Below are positions 52,623-60,933 of a DNA stretch of 64,000 nucleotides, piece after piece. Each line of letters opens with the position of its first letter. Position 1 is the stretch's first letter. Both the position numbers and the translations under genes were made by a program. Below the pieces are notes generated by a model. It saw only the letters and a program-made list of their open reading frames with translations, was not told where the DNA came from and ran no database searches. The DNA is from Bacillota bacterium (lineage in GTDB: Bacteria; Bacillota; Clostridia; Saccharofermentanales; DTU023), in NCBI GenBank assembly GCA_023426575.1, contig JAFAAL010000001.1, positions 5,243-69,242 of the forward strand, written 5' to 3'.

Positions 52623-53991
52623 CTTCTAAGTCCTCCTTCATCTCCTTAAAGTATTTGCGCAACTGCCTGAGCTCGGAGACCTCTTCGCCGAAATTATGAA
52701 CATAGTGGACGGGACGATTGCAGAGCGTCCCCTGGATCTTGCGACCCGCAAAGGTCTCAATCGTCACCTCATCTCCCGTGACAGCCTCCGCCTCAAGATA
52801 GCCCTTATAGTAGGCGACCAGAGGCTCTGCTGCCGTCTCAGCCGGCAGTCCTGGAGCTCTCTCAGCTGCAGGCAGAATCTCCCGCCGCAGCATGACGAGA
52901 TCGCCCGCATGGAAGATCTGCGGCGCCTCGCGATAGGCCGTCAGGCGCTCTCTGACATCGCCGAGAAGCGCCCGCGGCACCGGCAGGTCGAGGAGGCTCT
53001 TGAGGCCCGGTGAGGCATTGAGAACCTCGGGAATCATATTGATACACATGGCAATCGTGCCAATCCCACCCGGAATTTCTGGCTCGATGCGCATGGAGAT
53101 CGCAAAGTCATCTGAGTCGAGGCGAATAAAGTCGCCCGTGTGCGTCCCCTCGAGCTCTGGCAAGATCTGCTGCGGATGATCGAGAGAGATAAAGGGCTCA
53201 TCCCCTTCATCAATATAGCCAAAGCCCTGCTGGCGAATCCCCGCCACTTGCCCAGGCGTGACGTGGGCATAGGGGGTCTTGCGCTCCGTCTCGGAGACGA
53301 TCGGATCCTTCCTCTGCACAATCTGATGCATCGGCAGACCGAGCCCTGCGAGGATGATCGAGATTGACTCGGGGAAGCCGACATGGCCCGCAAGCTCATC
53401 GGCCTCCATCTTCGCATGGAAGTGCTCCTGTTCGAGGCCGACTCCCTGCTCCTCCATGACCGCATGGCCAAAGGGTGAGAGGTCGTTGACTCTGGCCGCC
53501 TCAATGCGATGGAGATCGATGAGACAGCCCGAGAGTGCCAGAATGAGATAGTCGAGGACGAAGCCGGGATTGACCCCCGTGCCGAAGACTGTGACGCCAT
53601 TTTGCCGCGCCAGCCGGTCGATCTCGAGCGAGAGCTTGCCCTCATTGACCCAGGGCCAGCTCATCTCCTCCGCCGTGGAGATGACATTCATCCCCTGCTC
53701 GACACAGTGCTTGATCTTGGGGTAGGCTCCCGCCGTAAAGGAATCCGTCGCCAGGATGACGAGGTCGGCCGCTCCCCGCTGGATCCCAGCAAAGGCATCG
53801 CCAGAGATCTTGACGGCAGGCACTCCCTCTGGCCGCTCGAGACCAAGTTTCTCATGGAGGTCCTGTCCGACCAGTTCAGGTCGGAGGTCATAGACCCCCG
53901 CAATCTCAATTCCCCTCTTGGACAAGAGGGCGCGGGCGATGCCACTGCCCATCGCTCCGAAGCCCCAGATCATTACACGTACATTCTTCAT
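52609..53991 (-). CDS. ord: 2,4-diaminopentanoate dehydrogenase fused to 2-amino-4-ketopentanoate thiolase alpha subunit (Ord-OrtA fusion)
   Basis: 460 aa. Residues 1 to ~345 are Ord-like (VRVMIWGFGAMGSG..., PEIPGGIGTIAMCINMIP..., LDLPVPRA). Residues ~355-460 are OrtA-like (GDLVMLRREILPAAERAPGLPAETA..., GDEVTIETFAGRKIQGTL...). Strong SD GGAGGAGG. ATGA overlap with the upstream gene. Confidence 0.8.
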   Translation of the reverse strand: MKNVRVMIWGFGAMGSGIARALLSKRGIEIAGVYDLRPELVGQDLHEKLGLERPEGVPAVKISGDAFAGIQRGAADLVILATDSFTAGAYPKIKHCVEQGMNVISTAEEMSWPWVNEGKLSLEIDRLARQNGVTVFGTGVNPGFVLDYLILALSGCLIDLHRIEAARVNDLSPFGHAVMEEQGVGLEQEHFHAKMEADELAGHVGFPESISIILAGLGLPMHQIVQRKDPIVSETERKTPYAHVTPGQVAGIRQQGFGYIDEGDEPFISLDHPQQILPELEGTHTGDFIRLDSDDFAISMRIEPEIPGGIGTIAMCINMIPEVLNASPGLKSLLDLPVPRALLGDVRERLTAYREAPQIFHAGDLVMLRREILPAAERAPGLPAETAAEPLVAYYKGYLEAEAVTGDEVTIETFAGRKIQGTLCNRPVHYVHNFGEEVSELRQLRKYFKEMKEDLEDVRA

Positions 53992-55259
53992 TCCTTACCT
54001 CCTCCGGCCGTGCCGGTCCATTCTATGCGCACTTGCAGCGCCTCGACGATCCGCGCAAGCTCTGCGGGACTGCCAGGAGTCAGTCGATAGACGACGCCCC
54101 CAGGGCCAAAGAGCTGCAAGTATTCTCCCAAGCTGACATAGGCCGTGCCCTCATTGCTCGTCTTGAGCTCGAGCCTTCCGGCCTGATCTGAACTTAAGTC
54201 ACTTTCTAAATAGATGCCCTCGAGCGTCACCGTCAGACGGCCTGGCGAGGCAGGACCCGGCGTCCGGCTCTCAATATCCAAGAGGGCATACGAGACAGGA
54301 GATCTGACGAGCTCGCAGCCCGCCTCGGCGCGCGCACGAATCCTGTCGATCTGGGCCTCGGCCCAGACTTCATGATTGGCGGGACAGGGCCCCTCCCCAT
54401 GAATGCTGTAATCTGAATCCACATGATACGCCGTCCCACAATGTAGACAGCTCAAGCTCTTCCCCTTCGTCACAAAGCCCTCTTCCGAGGCACATTGAGG
54501 ACAGTGGTATAAGATCCGTTCGAGGCCCTCGGCCAGGTGGCGGGAGCGGTAGCGCGCAGGTTTCGGCTGGGCGGCCTGCCAGGCAGCCTCACTGTGATGG
54601 ATCGCCACGGCCAGTTGGTCTTGGATCTCCTCGAGGCTCAATGACTGAATCTCCTCCGGCCTCAAGAAGGGTCGGAGCTCGGCCTCAATGGGGCCAAAGC
54701 GCAGCTGATCCGCCCAGCGGGGATAGGCGAAGCCACAGCCGCTGAGCCGCACCGTGTAGACCGGGATCGCGAGTTTCTTGACGAGCTTTGCCACCGCGGG
54801 GCTAAAAGGCAGAGGCGCACCAGTATAGGACCGCTGCGCCTCGGGAAAGAGAAGACATGTGCCGCCCGCCTTCAAAATTCTGACGATGGAGACAATGCTT
54901 CCGGGATCTGGATAGAACTGCTCCTTGGGGATGCACTCGACCCGTGGCAAGAGCCAGCGCAAAAAGGGCTTGTGAAAGAGGGCTCGCCCCGCCACGAAGT
55001 TGATCTCTCGATCTGGGAGGGTAAAGGCTGCAGGCAGCGGGTCAAGATAGGAGAGGTGGTTGGCGAGGATCAGACAGGGACCCTCCTCTTTCTGAATCGC
55101 CGGGTCACTCTTCAGCTTTATCTGAAAGAGCCATTTGAAGAGAGCCCGTGTCATCACGAGGAGGAAGCGATAGAGCCTTCTGGCCCGCGGCACCGTCGCC
55201 ACGACCTCAGGCGTATAGCGCTCTTCTCTCAGCATCTTTTCAGCGGCTCTCTTAGTCAT
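53988..55259 (-). CDS. PlsC/AGPAT-family acyltransferase with a large C-terminal domain containing a Zn-ribbon-like motif
   Basis: H(x)4D motif in LANHLSYLDP, plus FPEAQRSYTG. The C-terminal part has CPQCASEE...CLHCG. The preferred start at MTKRAAE (55259) overlaps the upstream stop by 8 nt. Confidence 0.7.
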   Translation of the reverse strand: MTKRAAEKMLREERYTPEVVATVPRARRLYRFLLVMTRALFKWLFQIKLKSDPAIQKEEGPCLILANHLSYLDPLPAAFTLPDREINFVAGRALFHKPFLRWLLPRVECIPKEQFYPDPGSIVSIVRILKAGGTCLLFPEAQRSYTGAPLPFSPAVAKLVKKLAIPVYTVRLSGCGFAYPRWADQLRFGPIEAELRPFLRPEEIQSLSLEEIQDQLAVAIHHSEAAWQAAQPKPARYRSRHLAEGLERILYHCPQCASEEGFVTKGKSLSCLHCGTAYHVDSDYSIHGEGPCPANHEVWAEAQIDRIRARAEAGCELVRSPVSYALLDIESRTPGPASPGRLTVTLEGIYLESDLSSDQAGRLELKTSNEGTAYVSLGEYLQLFGPGGVVYRLTPGSPAELARIVEALQVRIEWTGTAGGGKE

Positions 55260-56466
55260 TCTTATAGAGTTCAAAGAAGCGCTCGACTCGGGCCAGGTGA
55301 TCACCTAAGACGAGCATCTGATGATTGCCAATCGGCCGCTTGACGAAGTAGTCGAGCCCGTCGGGCAAGCTGATCTCTAACTGCGTCCGGCAGAGGCAGC
55401 CCTCGTGGAGGTTTCTCAGCAGATCCCCACGCTGGACGTGATAGCTCCGAAAATCTTCCCGCATCTTGAAGAGCGTGATCGGACCTGGCTGAAATTCACC
55501 TGCGACGGCGACGCCGAGGCCTGATTCAAAGTGGGTGGCGAGACGGTAGGACTCTGGCATGTTGAGCGGGAGCACACAGTGGGCCAAGACGAGCTTCTTC
55601 TCCTCGAAATTGAGACGCGAGGGATTGGCCATGAAGACGGGCTGACCCGTCAGCTCACCGAGAACGGTCATCGAGACCAGCGACTTGGCATCGCCCTCAC
55701 AGGCGGCCCAGAAGCCCTCGGCATTGAGAATGGCGAGCGCCAGACAGCCCGAGATGCGATAGGGGGCGAGGAGGTCAAAGCAGCGGAGCGAGATTCCCTT
55801 CAGCTGATAGCGCTCGGCGATGCGCTTGACACCGCCATAGACCTGGAGCGCGCGCTCCATCTGCTCAGCGGGCCAGGACATGGCCTTGAGCTGCATTGTC
55901 CACTCATTGTCTGGATAGCTCTCGCGGCTGATCTCCGCCATGACTTCCGCCATCGGGATGTCGACATAGACGAGGCCCGAGCGCTCAGCGAGGAGCTCGC
56001 GGTCGACCGCTGAGGCAATCAGCCAGTCAGAGAGCCCCGTATTGCCGATCCTAAGGCCGACAAGCCTCTGTTTGACAGCGCGAATAGAAAGCTCGGCCTC
56101 GAGGAGGGCTGCAACGCGTTCGGCAGAGCCGTGGAGGATCTCGCCGCGGACGCCATGATTCTGGAGAAAAGAGAGAATCTCCATCGAGGCAGGCAGCGAA
56201 TTATTGGCCTCTGTCGTCAGGAGGAGGCAATCGCCTCCGACTCTCTGGAAGTGCTCGGCAAACTGCATTTCCGAGCCCCCCGAGCCGATAAAGATCAGGT
56301 GGAGACCAAGTCTCTCGAGACTCTGGTCAAGGGCCAGAGGCTCAGTGCTGAGCACGAGTTCTTCCCTGAGATGCCTGTTGATCTCATTGATAAAATTTTG
56401 ATTGTAGCTGTCGAGGCTCCTCGGGTCTGCGCCAGGAGTCCGAATATAGAAGGCTGAAATCGCCAT
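55252..56466 (-). CDS. uncharacterised protein, possibly L-fucose/L-arabinose-isomerase-like fold
   Basis: 404 aa and soluble. There is a weak recollected resemblance to the short COG2407-type sugar isomerase family (ACEGDAKS, LAHCVLP, THFESG). No firm motif. Confidence 0.4.
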   Translation of the reverse strand: MAISAFYIRTPGADPRSLDSYNQNFINEINRHLREELVLSTEPLALDQSLERLGLHLIFIGSGGSEMQFAEHFQRVGGDCLLLTTEANNSLPASMEILSFLQNHGVRGEILHGSAERVAALLEAELSIRAVKQRLVGLRIGNTGLSDWLIASAVDRELLAERSGLVYVDIPMAEVMAEISRESYPDNEWTMQLKAMSWPAEQMERALQVYGGVKRIAERYQLKGISLRCFDLLAPYRISGCLALAILNAEGFWAACEGDAKSLVSMTVLGELTGQPVFMANPSRLNFEEKKLVLAHCVLPLNMPESYRLATHFESGLGVAVAGEFQPGPITLFKMREDFRSYHVQRGDLLRNLHEGCLCRTQLEISLPDGLDYFVKRPIGNHQMLVLGDHLARVERFFELYKND

Positions 56467-56486
56467 AAATTACTCCTCGAAAAGGT

Positions 56487-57242
56487 TTAGATTTGGCCAG
56501 CTTGGATGAGGGCGCGCACTGCTTCGATGGCCACGGGAATGGCGCGATTCTCCCCCTCATATTTGACATCGTCGAGCCCTTGCTTCTGCCGCTCTTGATT
56601 CCAGATGGCCTGGAGGACGCAGGCCGCCTTGACGCCCCTGGTCTGGGCGACGGCGTAGAGCGCTGCAGACTCCATCTCCGAAGCCAGTGTATGAGCGCGC
56701 AGCCAGGCCTGCCAGCGACTGAGCAGATGCTCTGCAACAGGCATCGTCTCTGGGGAATGCTGACCGTAGAAGGAGTCCTTGCAGTGGACGACCCCGATGT
56801 GATGGCGATAGCCGAGCCGCTCGGCCGCTGCGGCGAGCGCTGAGCTCAGGCCGTGGTCAGCCACGGCTGGAAACTCCGGCGGTAGGTATTCATGACTCGT
56901 GCCCTCCATGCGAATCGCGGCCTGGGCGATGACCACGTCTCCACCCTGAACCGAGAGGTCCATGCCACCGCAAGTGCCAATTCTGATAAAGGTCTTGACC
57001 CCGAGCTTGATCAGCTCCTCGACTCCGATGGCCGTCGAAGGACCCCCCATGCCCGTCGACATGACGAGGACATTTCGACCCTCGATCTGACCGCGCCAGC
57101 TCAGGTACTCGCGATGCTGCCCGAGGAAGCGGGGCTGATCGAGTTGGGCAGCAATCTTCTCCACACGCCCAGGATCTCCTGGGAGGAGGACGACTTCACT
57201 GTCAATCTCGAGGCCGAGGCCAATGTGATACTGCTTTTCCAT
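56487..57242 (-). CDS. udp: nucleoside phosphorylase, PNP/UDP-1 family (uridine phosphorylase-like)
   Basis: 251 aa with LLPGDPGRV, STGMGGPS, RIGTCGG and EMESAALY motifs. Confidence 0.75.
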   Translation of the reverse strand: MEKQYHIGLGLEIDSEVVLLPGDPGRVEKIAAQLDQPRFLGQHREYLSWRGQIEGRNVLVMSTGMGGPSTAIGVEELIKLGVKTFIRIGTCGGMDLSVQGGDVVIAQAAIRMEGTSHEYLPPEFPAVADHGLSSALAAAAERLGYRHHIGVVHCKDSFYGQHSPETMPVAEHLLSRWQAWLRAHTLASEMESAALYAVAQTRGVKAACVLQAIWNQERQKQGLDDVKYEGENRAIPVAIEAVRALIQAGQI

Positions 57243-57254
57243 ATCTTCTCCTGT

Positions 57255-58184
57255 CTAGGCCTCACCCTTGAAATAGGGCTGGCCGTTGGCTTTTGGCGGG
57301 ACGGCACGGCCGACAAAGGCAATCAGCACCAGCAGCGTCAAGACGTAGGGCAAGGTGGCGAGAATCTGTGTCGGCACAGTGGTATAAGAGGTCAAGAGGA
57401 CGGTGAGCGCCTGGGCGAAGCCGAAGAGGAGGCAGGCCAGTGCCGCGCCGATCGGCTTCCAATTGCCGAAGATGACGGCCGCAAGGGCGATAAATCCCTG
57501 TCCCGAGATAATCGTCGGCGTAAAGTGCGAGATGACGGCCAGCGTCATGGCCCCACCGCCGAAGCCCGCAAAGAAGCCCGAGAGCAGGACTGCGCTATAG
57601 CGGATGCGAGTCACCGAGACGCCGAGCGTATCGGCCGCCGCGGGATGCTCACCACAGGCGCGCAGTCTCAGGCCATAGACCGTGCGGTAGAGCATGAAGT
57701 GGACCAGAAAGACCGCCAGGAGGGCAATGATGACCGTGATATCGATCTCGAGGGCGCGCAAGCTCGGATACTTCTCAAAATTGACTCCGAGACTCTGCAA
57801 GACCTTCGGCATCTTGTTCTGCACGGCATCGGTACTGGCCATGCCGCGGAAGAAGATGCGCGTCAGAAAGATCGCAAGCCCCAGCCCAATAAAGTTAATG
57901 GCAATGCCCGAGATCGTCTGATCGCCCTTGAGCGTGATGGCGACCACGCCGTGAATCAGAGCGAGCATGGCACCCGCCAGTCCCCCGGCGAGGAAGCCAA
58001 GCCAGGGATTGCCAGAAAAATAGCCGACAGAAGCCGCGGCAAAAGCCCCAAAGGCCATCATCCCCTCGAGCCCGATATTGTCCACGCCTGCGCGCTGGGT
58101 GATGACGCCGCCTAGGGCGGTCAGGCAGAGGGGGGCTGCATACATCAAAGTGATCGCAAAGGTCAGGAAGATTGCATTAAGCAT
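57255..58184 (-). CDS. nucleoside/sugar-type ABC transporter permease (BMP system, NupQ/RnsD-like)
   Basis: 309 aa from ATG 58184 (MLNAIFLTF...). Polytopic. 8-nt overlap with the upstream permease. Confidence 0.85.
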   Translation of the reverse strand: MLNAIFLTFAITLMYAAPLCLTALGGVITQRAGVDNIGLEGMMAFGAFAAASVGYFSGNPWLGFLAGGLAGAMLALIHGVVAITLKGDQTISGIAINFIGLGLAIFLTRIFFRGMASTDAVQNKMPKVLQSLGVNFEKYPSLRALEIDITVIIALLAVFLVHFMLYRTVYGLRLRACGEHPAAADTLGVSVTRIRYSAVLLSGFFAGFGGGAMTLAVISHFTPTIISGQGFIALAAVIFGNWKPIGAALACLLFGFAQALTVLLTSYTTVPTQILATLPYVLTLLVLIAFVGRAVPPKANGQPYFKGEA

Positions 58185-59292
58185 TGCTCTTCTCCTTTCG
58201 CTCGAGGTAGTCGGCCAGGCGCGGCAAGAGCGAGGCCACGGCAATCGCCAGGACGATGGCGCCAATCATGATATTGATGATCTCTGTCGGGGTCTGCGTC
58301 CTGGCCTGGACCAGCTGGCCGCCAAAGCGCAGGAAGGCGAAGAGGATGCCTGTGAAGACACAGGCGATGGGATTGGCCTGGGCGATCAGCGAGACGGAAA
58401 TGCCGTCCCAGCCATAGCCCTCCTGAGCCCCGAGGGCCGAGATATAGAGGCCGTAGCTCAAGATGACAACGGCCCCCGCGAGGCCCGCGGCGCCCCCGGC
58501 GAGAAACATCGAGTAGAAGACATTTTTCTGAACGGGAATGCCCGAGAACTCAGCGGCATATTTATTGAGTCCGACGGCGCGGAGGCCATAGCCAAAGCGC
58601 GTCTTCTTCAAGAGGAACCAGTAGATGAGCGCCACCGTGATGGCGAGCGGAATGCCCCAGGACAGCGCCGTGCGGAGGATGTCGCGAAGGAAGGGGCTGG
58701 AGCCTAAGAAGGCCTGTCCCTCCGGCGAGCGCAGATAGTCCTTGCTGAAGAAGAGGAGGCTGGCCGACTGGCGGATCTCTGGTGAGTGGACCGTGCCCGA
58801 GACCTTGATCGACGGCTGATTGACGATGAAGTTGTGGAGATAGAAGACAATCCAATTGAGCATGATGGTCGAGATGACCTCATGGATGCCAAAGCGATTT
58901 TTGAGCCAGGCCGCCAGAGCTGCCACGAGGCCGGCGAGGACAAAGGCGACGATTAAGATGAGGAGCGGATGGATCACGGGCGGTAGCGGGAGATAGTGCC
59001 CCATCATGGCGGCGACAATAGCCCCCACCATGTACTGCCCCTCGGCACCAATGTTGAAGAGGCCCGTGTTATAGGCAAAGGCCACCGCCAGGCCCGTCAG
59101 GATAATCGGGGCGGCGTTGACCAGGATCTGGGCCAGGTACTTTGGCTTGGAAAAGACGGTCTTAAAGAGGACGGCGTAGACCTCGAGGGGATGATAGCCC
59201 GCAATGAGGAGGACGATGGCACCTGCGATGAAGCCAAAGAGCAGGGCCATAAAGATGGCCGTCGTCGGTTTCTTCAGGATTCGTTTAAGCAT
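58177..59292 (-). CDS. nucleoside/sugar-type ABC transporter permease (NupP/RnsC-like)
   Basis: 371 aa from ATG 59292 (MLKRILKKP...). Polytopic. 8-nt overlap with the ATPase gene. Confidence 0.85.
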   Translation of the reverse strand: MLKRILKKPTTAIFMALLFGFIAGAIVLLIAGYHPLEVYAVLFKTVFSKPKYLAQILVNAAPIILTGLAVAFAYNTGLFNIGAEGQYMVGAIVAAMMGHYLPLPPVIHPLLILIVAFVLAGLVAALAAWLKNRFGIHEVISTIMLNWIVFYLHNFIVNQPSIKVSGTVHSPEIRQSASLLFFSKDYLRSPEGQAFLGSSPFLRDILRTALSWGIPLAITVALIYWFLLKKTRFGYGLRAVGLNKYAAEFSGIPVQKNVFYSMFLAGGAAGLAGAVVILSYGLYISALGAQEGYGWDGISVSLIAQANPIACVFTGILFAFLRFGGQLVQARTQTPTEIINIMIGAIVLAIAVASLLPRLADYLERKEKSNA

Positions 59293-60859
59293 GCTTCGCC
59301 TCCTTGCGCCTTGCGCCCGCCATGTAGAGACCAATCTCGTTTTCACTCGTCTCCTGAGGATCGAGTTCAGCGACGATCTCGCCGTCATAGATGACCAGGA
59401 TGCGGTCCGCCAGATCTAAGATCTCATCGAGTTCAAAGGAGACGAGGAAGACGGCCTTGCCGGCGTCACGCTGCTTGACGAGTTCCTTGCGGACAAACTC
59501 TATCGCCCCGATGTCGAGACCCCGCGTCGGCTGGCAGGCGATCAGAAGCTTCGGCTCCTGGTCGACCTGGCGGGCGATGATGACCTTCTGCTGATTGCCG
59601 CCAGAGAGCTGGCGCGCTCGCTTGGGGGCGGCGTCGAGCGGGCGGATGTCAAAGCGCTTAATGAGTGACTTGGCATAGTCGAGAATAGAGCGCTCACGCA
59701 AGATACCGAGCTTGCCCTCGCTAAAGGGTGGTTCATGATAGCGCTCGAGAATCGTATTTTCACTGACGGTGAAGTCGAGGACCAGACCGCGCTTATGCCG
59801 GTCCTCATGGATGGTCTTGACCCCTGCTGCCTGCACCACTGCTGGCGGCTGATTCGTGATCTCCACACCAGCAACGAGGATCTGACCGCTCTCGGCCTGG
59901 CGAAGACCCGTAATCGCATCGATCAACTCCGTCTGACCGTTGCCGTCGATGCCGGCGAGGGCGACGATTTCACCTGCCCGCACCGTCATCGAAAGATCGC
60001 GCACCTTGGGCAGGCGCCGCTCGTCTCGGACATTGAGATCACGGATCTCGAGAAGTGTCTCACCGGCTTCCCGGGGAGCCTTGTCGGTGCTCAGTCGCAC
60101 CTCGCGCCCCACCATCAGCTCAGCCAGACGCTCTTCCGTGACATCTTTGACCTCGACGCAGTCGATGAACCTGCCGCGGCGGAGAATCGTGCACTGCTCG
60201 GCGATCGCCTTGATCTCCTTGAGCTTGTGAGTGATGATGATGACCGTCTTGCCCGCCTCGGTCAGCGCGCGCAGATTCTGGAAGAGCGCCGTGATCTCCT
60301 GCGGCGTCAAGACAGCGGTCGGTTCGTCGAGAATCAGGATCTCAGCGCCTCGATAGAGCGCCTTCAGAATTTCCACCCGCTGCTGCGTGGCCACGGAGAC
60401 ATCCCGGATCAACTCATCAGGATCGACCGTGAGGCCATAGGCCTCCATGAAGCCCTGAATCTTATCGTGGATCCCCTGGCGGTCGAGAATACCGAGAGCC
60501 TTCTGCGGCTCTTTGCCGAGCACCAGGTTCTCGGCGATCGTGAAGTTTTCCACCAGCATAAAGTGCTGATGGACCATGCCAATATTGTGGGCGATCGCCT
60601 GCCCGGGATTCTTGATGGTCACGGGCTCGCCATTTAGTCGGATCTCACCCGCATCTGCATTGATCAAGCCGTAGAGCACCTTCATCAGGGTCGACTTCCC
60701 CGCGCCATTCTCGCCGAGCAGCGCATGGATCGTCCCCCTCTTCACTCGCAGATCAACGTGGTCTAGGGCCTGTACCGTCGTAAAACGCTTACTGATGTCC
60801 AGCATCTCCACCGCTAGGGGCGACGTCTGGACAGCTGCCAATTCTCTCACCTCAGGCAC
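59285..60859 (-). CDS. ABC transporter ATP-binding protein with duplicated ATPase domains (NupO/RnsB-like)
   Basis: 524 aa. GTG start after SD GAGGAGG. Walker A GENGAGKST, signatures LSVATQQRVEI and LSGGNQQKV, and two Walker B motifs. Confidence 0.9.
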   Translation of the reverse strand: MPEVRELAAVQTSPLAVEMLDISKRFTTVQALDHVDLRVKRGTIHALLGENGAGKSTLMKVLYGLINADAGEIRLNGEPVTIKNPGQAIAHNIGMVHQHFMLVENFTIAENLVLGKEPQKALGILDRQGIHDKIQGFMEAYGLTVDPDELIRDVSVATQQRVEILKALYRGAEILILDEPTAVLTPQEITALFQNLRALTEAGKTVIIITHKLKEIKAIAEQCTILRRGRFIDCVEVKDVTEERLAELMVGREVRLSTDKAPREAGETLLEIRDLNVRDERRLPKVRDLSMTVRAGEIVALAGIDGNGQTELIDAITGLRQAESGQILVAGVEITNQPPAVVQAAGVKTIHEDRHKRGLVLDFTVSENTILERYHEPPFSEGKLGILRERSILDYAKSLIKRFDIRPLDAAPKRARQLSGGNQQKVIIARQVDQEPKLLIACQPTRGLDIGAIEFVRKELVKQRDAGKAVFLVSFELDEILDLADRILVIYDGEIVAELDPQETSENEIGLYMAGARRKEAKHA

Positions 60860-60884
60860 ATCTGCCTCCTCTTCATCTAGATAT

Positions 60885-60917
60885 TAAAAAGGCGCCCCCA
60901 CGCAGGGCAGGGGCGCC
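60885..60917 (-). terminator. intra-operon hairpin/attenuator between the SBP gene and the ATPase gene
   Basis: Minus strand reads GGCGCCCC-TGCCCTGCGTG-GGGGCGCC followed by TTTTTAAT. Confidence 0.55.
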
Positions 60918-60933
60918 AGGCAGAGTCCATCGT

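Noticed and set aside
56892-58115. 407-aa plus-strand ORF antisense to udp and the ABC permease
   Set aside because: It spans two well-supported minus-strand genes and their junction. The composition is Arg/Asp/Gly-rich and unstructured, so it is a shadow ORF.
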